Below, one piece after another: positions 5,592 to 14,426 of a stretch of DNA of 39,387 bases. Origin of the DNA: a virus; the IMG/VR virus record IMGVR_UViG_3300016474_000294, positions 1 to 39,387 of that record; one strand, written 5' to 3'. The notes beneath the pieces are model-generated. The model was not told the origin of the DNA. It saw only the letters and a program-made list of their open reading frames with translations, and made no database searches. Numbering within the stretch: the first letter of the stretch is position 1; every line of letters starts with the position of its first letter. Both the position numbers and the translations under genes were made by a program.

Positions 5592-5683
5592 TGCCCCCAA
5601 AAATCGCCGGCAAGCAGTCAAAGCGGGGTCCCTTGAGGCGCAAAATTTTTTGAAAATCCACCAGCAAAGGTTGTTACACCCAC

Positions 5684-7243
5684 ATGGCCAAACAACAACC
5701 CGTCTACGACGCCCGTGGCGAACAGCAACTCATGCTGGAACTATGGTCGCCCGAGATCACCCAATCGCCGCTCAATTTCGCCCTCTTCGCTTTCCCATGG
5801 GGCAAGCGCAATACGCCCCTCGAAAACGTCTCTGGCCCACGGGGTTGGCAGCGAGAAACCTTCGAAGAGATCGGCAAGCACATCAAGGCCAACGACCTTC
5901 GACGCGCCCAGCAGTCCCTCTACGAGATGTGGCGCTCTGCCGACGCCTCTGGCCGAGGCATTGGCAAATCCGCCCTTGTCTCGATGTTGACCCTATGGTT
6001 CCTCACGACCCGGCTCGGCAGCACAACCATCATCACAGCGAACACCGAGCAGCAGCTTCGCTCCAGAACCATGGCCGAACTGGCCAAGTGGGCCACGCTC
6101 TCAATCAACGCCCACTGGTGGGAACCGCAAGCCATGAGCCTCCGACCAGCGGACTGGTTCGGCGAGGCAGTCAAGCGCGATCTCAAAATCGATTTGGGCT
6201 ACTGGTACGCGGCCGCCCAGCTTTGGTCAGAAGAAAATCCAGATGCATTCGCGGGCATTCACAATCACCATGGCGTGATGCTGATCATGGATGAAGCATC
6301 AGGCATTCCGAAACCGATCTGGACCGTCTCTGAAGGCTTCTTCACCGAGCCGATACCGGACCGCTACTGGTTCGTGTTCTCAAACCCTCGCCGCAACTCA
6401 GGCGCATTCTTTGAGTGCTTCCACCGAGATCGCAACTTCTGGCGCTGCCGGAACATCGACTCGCGCACGGTAGAAGGCACGGACATCAAGACGTTCGAGA
6501 AGATCATCGCGCAGTATGGCGAGGACAGTGACGAGGCCCGGGTGGAGGTCAAGGGTCAGTTTCCAAATCGCGGCAGCAATCAGTTCATCGGAAAAGATAC
6601 AGTCGCTTCCGCCCTTGCGCGCGAAGCAATTCCCGATCCCGGTGCGCCATTGCTGATGGGCGTGGACGTGGCTCGCTTTGGCGAAGACAAGTCCGTCATT
6701 GCCTTCCGGAAAGGCCGAGACGCCCGTGTCATCCCATGGCAGATGTACAAGTCGATCGACACCGTGCAGCTTGCGGGGATCGTGGCCGACTTGGCAGGCA
6801 AGCATAAGCCGGATGCGATCTTCGTGGACGGCAACGGTGTGGGCGGCGGGGTGGTCGATAACCTGAAGGCGTGGGGCTACCGGATCGTCGAAGTGCAGAT
6901 GGGAGCAAGCGCGACGGACGGCGACACCTACACGAACAAGCGCGCCGAGATTTGGGGCCGAATGCGCGAGTGGTTGCAGACCGGATCGATCCCCGATCTG
7001 TCGGAACTCGCAGCGGACCTGATCAGTCCGGAGTACAGCTATCACCCTGTAAGTAACCGGGTACAACTGGAGAGCAAGGAGCGCATGAAAAGCCGGGGGC
7101 TGGCCTCACCGGACTTGGCCGAAGCGTTGGCCATGACGTTCAGTCAGCCAGTGGCGAGAAAAGACGCTTCCGCATCCAGAAACAACGAGATACGCCGCAA
7201 CCGGGTGGCGCGAGATGTTGACTATGCTATATTGGGAGAATAG
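5684..7243 (+). CDS. terL: Terminase large subunit
   Basis: Walker A GRGIGKSAL, Walker B VMLIMDEASGI, nuclease GVDVARFGEDKSV. Confidence 0.9.
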   Translation: MAKQQPVYDARGEQQLMLELWSPEITQSPLNFALFAFPWGKRNTPLENVSGPRGWQRETFEEIGKHIKANDLRRAQQSLYEMWRSADASGRGIGKSALVSMLTLWFLTTRLGSTTIITANTEQQLRSRTMAELAKWATLSINAHWWEPQAMSLRPADWFGEAVKRDLKIDLGYWYAAAQLWSEENPDAFAGIHNHHGVMLIMDEASGIPKPIWTVSEGFFTEPIPDRYWFVFSNPRRNSGAFFECFHRDRNFWRCRNIDSRTVEGTDIKTFEKIIAQYGEDSDEARVEVKGQFPNRGSNQFIGKDTVASALAREAIPDPGAPLLMGVDVARFGEDKSVIAFRKGRDARVIPWQMYKSIDTVQLAGIVADLAGKHKPDAIFVDGNGVGGGVVDNLKAWGYRIVEVQMGASATDGDTYTNKRAEIWGRMREWLQTGSIPDLSELAADLISPEYSYHPVSNRVQLESKERMKSRGLASPDLAEALAMTFSQPVARKDASASRNNEIRRNRVARDVDYAILGE

Positions 7244-7276
7244 CATCAGTGCGCCCACTACATTGAGGAAATCGCT

Positions 7277-7555
7277 ATGTCATTCGTCGGCAAAGCCATT
7301 CGCGGCGTCGTAAAAGGCATCACTAATGTCTTGGGCCTGACGCCGTCTGCGCCAACCCCTCAACCCATCGTCCCGATCCCAATGGTGTCGCCGTCTGCGA
7401 CATCGGACGCCACGAACGCAACTCTCGACGCGGCCGCGCAGAGACAGGCAGCGGCGTTGCAGGGTGGCCGAACGAGTACCGTCTTGAACGAGTATGGCGG
7501 CAAGGGGTTTGAGGAAGACGCGAAAAACACTTCAAAAGTCTTGCTGGGGCAATGA
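7277..7555 (+). CDS. Hypothetical protein (92 aa)
   Basis: ORF with a GAGGAA RBS, lying between terL and the portal gene. Confidence 0.6.
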   Translation: MSFVGKAIRGVVKGITNVLGLTPSAPTPQPIVPIPMVSPSATSDATNATLDAAAQRQAAALQGGRTSTVLNEYGGKGFEEDAKNTSKVLLGQ

Positions 7556-7556
7556 C

Positions 7557-9257
7557 ATGGACGATCTGACGCAGAACCAGCACGATCGCAGCCGCCAAGA
7601 AAAGCAGGATTTGGCAGGTCAGTTGCTGCGCGAGTTCACCGTCCTTGAATCACGCCGGGGGATTTGGGAGCAGCACTGGGAGCAGGTGGCGCAGAAGGTT
7701 CTGCCCTACTACAGCACAAGCTTCTATCAGCAGGGGAACATGGTTCCCGGCATGAAGCGCAATCAGTATCAGTACGACGTGACGGCGAACGCCGCGCTGT
7801 GGAAGTTCGCGGCTGCGATGGAGTCGATGCTGACGCCGGCCAACAACAAGTGGCACAAGCTGCGTCATCCGGATCAGAGCCTGATGAAGCGCCGCGATGT
7901 GCAGGTCTGGTTCGATGCGGTCAACGACTCGCTCTTCTACTACCGCTACAGCCCGCACAGCGGGTTTCAGGCGAACCAGCACGATGGCTATGTCAGCCTC
8001 GGGGCGTTTGGCACATCGAGCCTGTTCGTCGACGAGTTCGCCGATCCGCTCAAACCCGATGTGAAAGGCTTGCGGTATCGGAACGTCCATCTGGGCGAAC
8101 TGTTCTTTGCGACCAACCATCAGGGGCAGGTCGACAAGGTGTATCGCCGTTTCAAGATGACGCTGCGGCAGATCGATCAGAAGTGGCCCGGGCAGCTTCC
8201 GGAAACCTACAAGAACCAGTTGAAGGACAAGCCCGAGAACGAGGTGCAGATCATCCACATCGTGAAGCCTCGGGAGAACTTTGACCCGAAGCGGATCGAC
8301 TCGAAGGGCTACAGGTTCGCCAGCTACTACGTTCTGCGCGAAGCCGTGGCGCTGCTCTCCGAGGGTGGCTATCGGTGCATGCCCTATGCGACCGCCCGGT
8401 ACCTGACGGCACCCGGCGAACTCTACGGCCGCAGCCCTGCGATGAACGTGCTGCCATCGATCAATGTGCTGAACGAGGAAAAGAAGACGATCATCAAGCA
8501 GGGACACCGGACTGTGGACCCGGTGCTGCTCGCGCACGATGACGGGATCATCGATGGCTTCAGCCTGAAACCCGGCGCGATCAACTACGGCGGGGTCAAC
8601 GCCGATGGGCGGCCGCTGGTTCACGCGCTGCCGGTGGGCAATCTGGCGTTTGGCAAAGAGTTGATGGACGACGAGCGGATGGCGATCAACGACGCCTTCC
8701 TTGTCACCCTCTTCCAGATTTTGATCCAGACGCCGCAGATGACCGCGACCGAAGTGTTGGAGCGGGCGCGGGAGAAAGGCGCGTTGCTGTCTCCCACCAT
8801 GGGACGGTTCCAAGCCGAGAGCGTAGGCCCCATGATCGAGCGCGAGTTCGATCTCTTGGCGTGGCAGGGGTTGATCCCGCCCCCGCCGCAGGCGCTGGTC
8901 GAAGCAGGCGCGGAATACCACGTCGAGTACGACGCGCCGTTGAACCGCGCGATGCGGGCCGATGAGGCCGCGGGCACGATGCGTACCTTCCAGTGGGCGA
9001 GTGAGATCGCCGCGACCACGCAAGACCCCAGCGTCATGGACTACTTCGACACCGACGCAATCATCCCCGAACTGATGATGATCAACGGCGCGCCGTTCCG
9101 GTTCATGCGCGATCCGCAGCAGGTCCAGCAAATCCGGGCCGCGCGGCAGCAACAGCAGGCGGCTGCGGCGCTGACGCAAGCGCTGCCCGGGATCGCGGCG
9201 ATCCAGAAGGCGACGACGCCCGAGGGCAGCGCAGCGTTCGCAGGCCAGCCCCAGTAA
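7557..9257 (+). CDS. Portal (head-to-tail connector) protein, podovirus type
   Basis: Size about 566 aa and position after terL. ATG 7557 lies 1 nt after the upstream stop. The ORF-track start 7494 overlaps the upstream gene. Confidence 0.85.
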   Translation: MDDLTQNQHDRSRQEKQDLAGQLLREFTVLESRRGIWEQHWEQVAQKVLPYYSTSFYQQGNMVPGMKRNQYQYDVTANAALWKFAAAMESMLTPANNKWHKLRHPDQSLMKRRDVQVWFDAVNDSLFYYRYSPHSGFQANQHDGYVSLGAFGTSSLFVDEFADPLKPDVKGLRYRNVHLGELFFATNHQGQVDKVYRRFKMTLRQIDQKWPGQLPETYKNQLKDKPENEVQIIHIVKPRENFDPKRIDSKGYRFASYYVLREAVALLSEGGYRCMPYATARYLTAPGELYGRSPAMNVLPSINVLNEEKKTIIKQGHRTVDPVLLAHDDGIIDGFSLKPGAINYGGVNADGRPLVHALPVGNLAFGKELMDDERMAINDAFLVTLFQILIQTPQMTATEVLERAREKGALLSPTMGRFQAESVGPMIEREFDLLAWQGLIPPPPQALVEAGAEYHVEYDAPLNRAMRADEAAGTMRTFQWASEIAATTQDPSVMDYFDTDAIIPELMMINGAPFRFMRDPQQVQQIRAARQQQQAAAALTQALPGIAAIQKATTPEGSAAFAGQPQ

Positions 9258-9269
9258 ACGAAGACGCCC

Positions 9270-9536
9270 TTGGCCAAAAACGCACAGCAGTTCCTCGCCG
9301 AACGTCGCACCGACTACGTCAAGACGTTCGATACGCCAGCCGGCCAGAAGGTGCTGGCCGATCTGGCGAAGTTTTGCCGCGCGCATGAAAGCACGTTCCA
9401 TTCGGACCCGCGCGTTCATGCCGTGGCTGAAGGTCGACGGGAAGTATGGCTGCGCATCCAGCAGCACCTGCAACTTGACGACCAGACGTTATGGCGCGTC
9501 TACGGCGCGCTTCCCCCTCCCCAACCCAAGGACTAA
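9270..9536 (+). CDS. Small conserved phage protein (resembles Bbp19-like proteins, recalled from memory)
   Basis: 88-aa ORF with a TTG start, lying between portal and scaffold. Confidence 0.5.
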   Translation: MAKNAQQFLAERRTDYVKTFDTPAGQKVLADLAKFCRAHESTFHSDPRVHAVAEGRREVWLRIQQHLQLDDQTLWRVYGALPPPQPKD

Positions 9537-9539
9537 ACC

Positions 9540-10508
9540 ATGTCTGATGCCTCCGCTGACAGCGGGCAAGGCGCTGCCGCCTCTGCTGCTTCACCCTCCG
9601 TCACCCCAGTTACTCCTACGTCTACCGGCGCAGTCGCAACGCCGAGCACGTCGGCCGCGCTCACTGCGGTTCCTACGTCCACAGAACCGCCTGCCCCAAC
9701 GTCGCAGCAGGTGGCCCCTGCGCCCTCCCCTGCTCCGGCTTCGCCCAACGCGCCAGACTGGCTGAAGGACGCGGATGAGACGCTGGTGGGCTATGTCCAA
9801 AACAAAGGCTGGACAGAACCGAGGCAGGTGCTGGACGGCTATCGAAACCTTGAGAAGCTGCTGGGCGCGGACAAGGCTGGAAATGCCGTCGTGATCCCGA
9901 AGGCTGAAGCCGACGCCAAGGAGTGGGCTGCGGTCTACGACAAGCTTGGCCGGCCAAGTGCGCCGGATGGCTACAAGGTCGAGTTGCCGGAAGGCGGCGA
10001 CGCAAACGTCCAGTCCGCTGTGCTCGCCAAGTTCCACGAACTGGGTTTGTCCAAGACACAGGGCGAACAGCTTGCCAACTGGTACAACAACCTGTCGGTT
10101 GAATCGATCAAGGCGGCCGAGGCCGAGCGCGCGCAGCAGTTCCAGCAGGACGACAGCGAGATCAAGATGCTGTGGGGCGCGGCCTACAATCAGAACTTGG
10201 CGCAGGCGCAGGCAGCGGCCCGAGGACTAGCGCTCGATGGCCAGACGATCGACAAACTGTCAGAAGCGCTGGGGCACAAGGGAACGATGCAACTGCTCCA
10301 GAGAATCGGCAGCCGGATGAGCGAGGATCGCTTTGTGGCGAGCGACAGCCCCGGGGGCTTTAGCAACGCGCTCACGCCCGGGCAGGCCAAGGCTCAAATC
10401 CAAAGCCTGATGAGCGACAGGGACTTTACGACCCGGTATCTGGCCGGCAACGCTGAAGCCAAGGCCAAGATGGAAGCGCTTCACAAGTTCGCGTTCCCGG
10501 AGGGCTGA
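9540..10508 (+). CDS. Scaffolding protein
   Basis: Lies between portal and capsid. A Pro/Thr/Ala-rich low-complexity N-terminus precedes a helical body. Confidence 0.6.
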   Translation: MSDASADSGQGAAASAASPSVTPVTPTSTGAVATPSTSAALTAVPTSTEPPAPTSQQVAPAPSPAPASPNAPDWLKDADETLVGYVQNKGWTEPRQVLDGYRNLEKLLGADKAGNAVVIPKAEADAKEWAAVYDKLGRPSAPDGYKVELPEGGDANVQSAVLAKFHELGLSKTQGEQLANWYNNLSVESIKAAEAERAQQFQQDDSEIKMLWGAAYNQNLAQAQAAARGLALDGQTIDKLSEALGHKGTMQLLQRIGSRMSEDRFVASDSPGGFSNALTPGQAKAQIQSLMSDRDFTTRYLAGNAEAKAKMEALHKFAFPEG

Positions 10509-10511
10509 TCG

Positions 10512-10721
10512 ATGGACGAGGTCGAAGCGCGCGTCCGGTGTCTGGAGTTGGCCGCAACGGTTTCTCAACGAGTTGGCGACCATTCCGTTCAGGGTATTGT
10601 GGATTTCGCAACCGTGTTGTATTCTTTCGCCAAAGCGTCACCGCCTGCCGAAATGCAGGCGAAACCTTCGGACAAGCCAAAACGAGGAAAGCCGGTCAGA
10701 CAGGCCGACATTCTGAGTTGA
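10512..10721 (+). CDS. Hypothetical protein (69 aa)
   Basis: ORF in the operon frame gap. Confidence 0.45.
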   Translation: MDEVEARVRCLELAATVSQRVGDHSVQGIVDFATVLYSFAKASPPAEMQAKPSDKPKRGKPVRQADILS

Positions 10722-10754
10722 AGCCCCGAGCCAGACTTTGACGTAATCTGGCCC

Positions 10755-10824
10755 CTCCCAAGAGGACAAGCCGAGGCGAGCAGCGGCCTTAACCGCAGCA
10801 CTCTTCGTCAACTTCTCTTGGGAG
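10755..10824 (+). promoter_or_regulatory. 5' UTR structure of the capsid gene: a 10-bp perfect long-range inverted repeat occluding the SD
   Basis: CTCCCAAGAG (10755-10764) pairs with CTCTTGGGAG (10815-10824). The latter contains the GGGAG SD, 6 nt before ATG 10831. An inner hairpin GCAGCGG/CCGCAGC is also present. Confidence 0.55.
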
Positions 10825-10830
10825 TTTGCC

Positions 10831-11787
10831 ATGTCAGTGCAAGTCAACAACGCGTTCGTACAGCAGTACAGTACGAACATTATGATGCTGCTCCAGCAGC
10901 AAGGATCGCGTCTTCGCAACGCGGTGATGAACTACAGCTTCGTGGGCAAAGCCGCCTCGATGGCTGAACAGTTCGGCTCTGTGACCCCGGTTCGGAATCA
11001 GTCGCGTCACTCCGACACCCCGCTGATTTCCACGCCGCAGGACAAGCGCTGGATTTACCCGAACGACTACGACTGGGCGGACCTGATCGACAATCAGGAT
11101 CGTCTGCGTATGCTCATCGATCCGGCCGGTCCTTACACGCAGGCTGGCGTGATGGCCATGGGCCGCGCGATGGACGACGAGATCATCTCGGGCTTCCTCA
11201 ACGCCAACAACACCGGTGAGAACGGCACCGTTTCGACCTCGACGCTCTACGCCTACAACTCGAACAGCCAGTCTGTGGCTGCGACGGTTGGCGCGTCTGC
11301 TGCGACCGGCCTCAACATCGCCAAGCTGCGCGCCGCCAAGCGCGTTCTGCTGGCTGCCGAAGTCGATGTCGACAACGACCCGCTCTACTGCGTGATCTCG
11401 GCCAAGCAGCACGATGACCTGCTGAACGAAGCACAGGCGATCAGCCTCGAATACAACACCAAGCCGGTGCTGGTCGATGGCAAGATTTCCAGCTTTATGG
11501 GCTTCAACTTCATCCACTCTGAGCGTATCCCCGGCGCGGCGAACTTCAACACCGCGATCAACCCGGCGATCAGTTCGGCGGATTCGGATGGCAGCTACGT
11601 CACCGGTTCGCGTTGGATGGTCCCGGTGTTTGCCAAGTCTGGCATGGCGCTGGGCCTGTGGAACGACATTCAGGCTTCGGTCGATCGTCGTCCTGACAAG
11701 CGTAATTCGTATCAGGTGTACGTCACCGGCACGTTCGGTGGTGCTCGCCTCGAAGAAAAGCGCTGCGTCATCATCAACTGCAAGTAA
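10831..11787 (+). CDS. Major capsid protein
   Basis: 318 aa, positioned after the scaffold, with a strong SD. The N-terminus MSVQVNNAFVQQYSTNIMMLLQQ is typical of podoviral HK97-fold coat proteins. Confidence 0.85.
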   Translation: MSVQVNNAFVQQYSTNIMMLLQQQGSRLRNAVMNYSFVGKAASMAEQFGSVTPVRNQSRHSDTPLISTPQDKRWIYPNDYDWADLIDNQDRLRMLIDPAGPYTQAGVMAMGRAMDDEIISGFLNANNTGENGTVSTSTLYAYNSNSQSVAATVGASAATGLNIAKLRAAKRVLLAAEVDVDNDPLYCVISAKQHDDLLNEAQAISLEYNTKPVLVDGKISSFMGFNFIHSERIPGAANFNTAINPAISSADSDGSYVTGSRWMVPVFAKSGMALGLWNDIQASVDRRPDKRNSYQVYVTGTFGGARLEEKRCVIINCK

Positions 11788-11800
11788 GGAGTGACGCATC

Positions 11801-12256
11801 ATGGCACAGTACCTCTCCAATGAACTTGCAGGAACCACCACTGGTCTGACGCAGGCGTCGGGCGTCGGCGCGGGCTACAAGCCTGCGGCGACCGTCTACA
11901 GCGCCCGCCTGAAGCGCTTCCGCGCGACGGTGACCTATGCGTCGCAGACCACCAGCGACACGATCCTGCTTGCGCAGGTTCCGGCCGGCTTCACGTTCGC
12001 GTTTGGCGTGTTGAACGCCGACACGTCGTCTGGCTCGACCACGCTGGCGATCGGCATCAGTGGCACGACCGGCAAGTATCGGGCGGCTGGCGCGTTCACC
12101 TCGACCAACACGCCGACGTTCTTCGGAACGGCTGCGGCTGCTGGCGCGACGAGCGCGCTGTCGGACACCGAAAACATCATCCTCACTTTGGCTGCTGCGA
12201 CGGCTCCGTCGTCGGGCACGCTGATTGTGGACTTGTTCTTCAGTGGCCCGAACTGA
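11801..12256 (+). CDS. Probable head decoration/cement protein
   Basis: 151 aa, rich in Gly/Thr/Ala (beta-rich), immediately after the capsid gene. Confidence 0.45.
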   Translation: MAQYLSNELAGTTTGLTQASGVGAGYKPAATVYSARLKRFRATVTYASQTTSDTILLAQVPAGFTFAFGVLNADTSSGSTTLAIGISGTTGKYRAAGAFTSTNTPTFFGTAAAAGATSALSDTENIILTLAAATAPSSGTLIVDLFFSGPN

Positions 12257-12271
12257 TCGACTGGTCGATGA

Positions 12272-12295
12272 GAGGGCCGGGTAACACCGGCCCTC
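12272..12295 (+). terminator. Strong hairpin (9-bp GC stem) after the capsid/decoration genes; possible partial terminator or RNA-stabilising element
   Basis: GAGGGCCGG-gtaaca-CCGGCCCTC, followed by only a weak T tract (ctcacattt). Confidence 0.4.
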
Positions 12296-12316
12296 CTCAC
12301 ATTTCAGGAGTGCATC

Positions 12317-12505
12317 ATGCCCGCATACTATTTCGGCATCAACGTCGGCGAGAACGAATACGCAGCGGTTGGGCAGGCGACTGATCCGACCAAAGACATC
12401 GAGATCGTGATCCCCGACACCACCAAGGTGACGAGCGTCACCGATCTGCTGGTAGCCCTCGACAAGCTGGAGAACGCGATCATCCGTTCCGGCAAACCTT
12501 GGTAG
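12317..12505 (+). CDS. Hypothetical protein (62 aa)
   Basis: ORF with an AGGAG RBS. Confidence 0.6.
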   Translation: MPAYYFGINVGENEYAAVGQATDPTKDIEIVIPDTTKVTSVTDLLVALDKLENAIIRSGKPW

Positions 12506-12515
12506 GGAGACAGCC

Positions 12516-12833
12516 ATGACTGTTCGTCGCGCAGACGATCTCTCCTACACGCTGCTGTCGGCCGGCTCTGCCACGGGCAGCGCTGTGGCGATCAAGGGCG
12601 GCGAATACATGGTCTTTTTCGATGGCACGATTGGCGGCTCGACCGTCAGTCTGCAAGTGCAGTCGCCGTCTGGCACTTGGATCGACGTGGAAGTGTTCAC
12701 GGGTTCGGTCGTCAAATACACCACCCTTCCCCGCTCGCAGACCGGCATCGATCTTCCGGCTGGCAACGTGCGCTGCGCCCTGACGGGCGGCACGCCCAGC
12801 GGCATCAACGCATATCTGGTCGGCCTCGGCTGA
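12516..12833 (+). CDS. Hypothetical protein (105 aa), probable virion component
   Basis: ORF with a GGGAGA RBS, in the structural operon. Confidence 0.6.
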   Translation: MTVRRADDLSYTLLSAGSATGSAVAIKGGEYMVFFDGTIGGSTVSLQVQSPSGTWIDVEVFTGSVVKYTTLPRSQTGIDLPAGNVRCALTGGTPSGINAYLVGLG

Positions 12834-12849
12834 TCACAGGAGTTGTCTC

Positions 12850-14397
12850 ATGGCCACCGTCACCGCAGGCAATAGCTATTCCCAGTCCGTTTCCGCCGAC
12901 CAGACGATTGCGATCAGCGTATCGCACAACAGTTCTGGCCGCATTCGGTTCACCCCGATCAACACGGAAGGACTGCCGGTTGACGCCGGAAGCGGCATCG
13001 GCTTTGGCCCGCTTGCCATGTCGAAGACGTTTGGCCCGTGGGGTCAGGCAGGAACGGTCACGATCTTCTGCGACGTTGGCACGGTCACCTACACCATCAA
13101 CCCGCCGACCTTCTACGACAACCCGGTGTTGAGCGGTGGGACGGCGAACGGCGTCGCGTACCTGAACGGCAGCAAGGCGCTGACGACGGGCAGTGCGCTG
13201 ACGTTTGATGGGACGAACCTAAGCAACACGCGATCTGTTGCCACAACATTTTCCGGCACAAACCCGGCAACGTGGGCAAACGGAATCATTCTAACGAATA
13301 ACGCAACTCCTGCGTCTGGTCTTGCAAGCTTTATAAATTTTGGCAGCACTGGAAACGTAAACACTGTTTTTGGCACCGCGCAAGGTTCCGGTGGATACGG
13401 CGAATTTGTTTGGGCGGGTTATGGCGGCGCTTTCTCCGACTGGATGCGTCTCAACTCCACTGGGCTGGGTATTGGGACAACCAATCCTTTATCACGCATC
13501 CACGGCGTCGCGTCGAGCAATGGTATTGATGACCACATTATCAGACTAGGGTTCGCGTTTAATGCAAGTTCCGAATCGATGGGGTCGATCGGTACGCATA
13601 ACGACAGCGATAGTGCTGGCGGGCTAAAGTTTTCGACCGCTTCCGGCGGCACACTGATCGAACGCGCCCGGATTACGTCGGGCGGGTATTTCAAGGCAAG
13701 TAATGACGGGACATACAACGATGCTGCTGGCGCATACCATGAATTGCGTCAAACGGCAGATGGTGTTGCATTACGGCTAGGCGCATCAAATGCATCGCAA
13801 ACAAACATAATTCAGGTTATTGAGGCCGCAAGAAATACAACAAATAACACCTTTTATGCAATCGGCTATTACAACAGTGGCGCAGCAGCGTTTAAGTTGC
13901 TTGTAGCCGACTCTGGCAACGTCACAAACGCCAACAATTCCTACGGTGCGATCTCTGACCAGAAGCTGAAGCAGGACATCGTAGACGCATCCTCGCAATG
14001 GGGTGACATCAAGGGTCTGCGTGTTCGCAAGTTCCGCTACAAAGCCGATCCTGATGGTCCGCTGCAACTCGGTCTGATTGCGCAAGAAGCCGAGACTGTT
14101 TCGCCCGGATTGGTCGAAGAACACCAAGACTTCGAGGAAGTCAAAAAGACCCGCGAAGTCGAAAAGACGCGCGAAGTCACGGCTGCCGTGCTGGACGAAG
14201 AAGGCAATGTCGTCGAGCCAGCGGTCACCGAGACTTACACAGAAACGGAAGAATATACCGAGCGAGTTTCCCTCGACACAACGACCAAGGCGGTCAAGTA
14301 CAGCGTGCTGTACATGAAGGCGGTCAAGGCGCTGCAAGAGGCGATGGAACGGATCGAAAAGCTTGAAGCCAAAGTTGCTTCGCTTGGCGTTAAGTAA
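12850..14397 (+). CDS. Tail fibre/spike with a C-terminal peptidase S74 intramolecular-chaperone domain
   Basis: SDQKLKQDI autocleavage motif (Ser codon 13954-13956), QLGLIAQEAE, and a C-terminal coiled coil KALQEAMERIEKLEAKV. Confidence 0.8.
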   Translation: MATVTAGNSYSQSVSADQTIAISVSHNSSGRIRFTPINTEGLPVDAGSGIGFGPLAMSKTFGPWGQAGTVTIFCDVGTVTYTINPPTFYDNPVLSGGTANGVAYLNGSKALTTGSALTFDGTNLSNTRSVATTFSGTNPATWANGIILTNNATPASGLASFINFGSTGNVNTVFGTAQGSGGYGEFVWAGYGGAFSDWMRLNSTGLGIGTTNPLSRIHGVASSNGIDDHIIRLGFAFNASSESMGSIGTHNDSDSAGGLKFSTASGGTLIERARITSGGYFKASNDGTYNDAAGAYHELRQTADGVALRLGASNASQTNIIQVIEAARNTTNNTFYAIGYYNSGAAAFKLLVADSGNVTNANNSYGAISDQKLKQDIVDASSQWGDIKGLRVRKFRYKADPDGPLQLGLIAQEAETVSPGLVEEHQDFEEVKKTREVEKTREVTAAVLDEEGNVVEPAVTETYTETEEYTERVSLDTTTKAVKYSVLYMKAVKALQEAMERIEKLEAKVASLGVK

Positions 14398-14426
14398 CTT
14401 GCACCTCACCGGGATCAGACAGACCA

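Noticed and set aside
5578-6294. 238-aa ORF starting in the G-rich spacer and overlapping terL in another frame.
   Set aside because: It is Arg/Pro/His-rich, lacks an RBS, and overlaps the terL ATPase domain, which has clear Walker motifs.
7650-9473. 607-aa ORF antisense to the portal gene. Similar long antisense or shifted ORFs occur elsewhere, e.g. 10834-11841, 6398-7066, 17865-18476, 19311-19994, 28938-29834, 30901-31743 and 33755-34558.
   Set aside because: These are typical high-GC artefacts. They are Arg/Leu/His/Pro-rich, have no RBS, and lie fully inside genes that carry clear family motifs on the other strand or frame.
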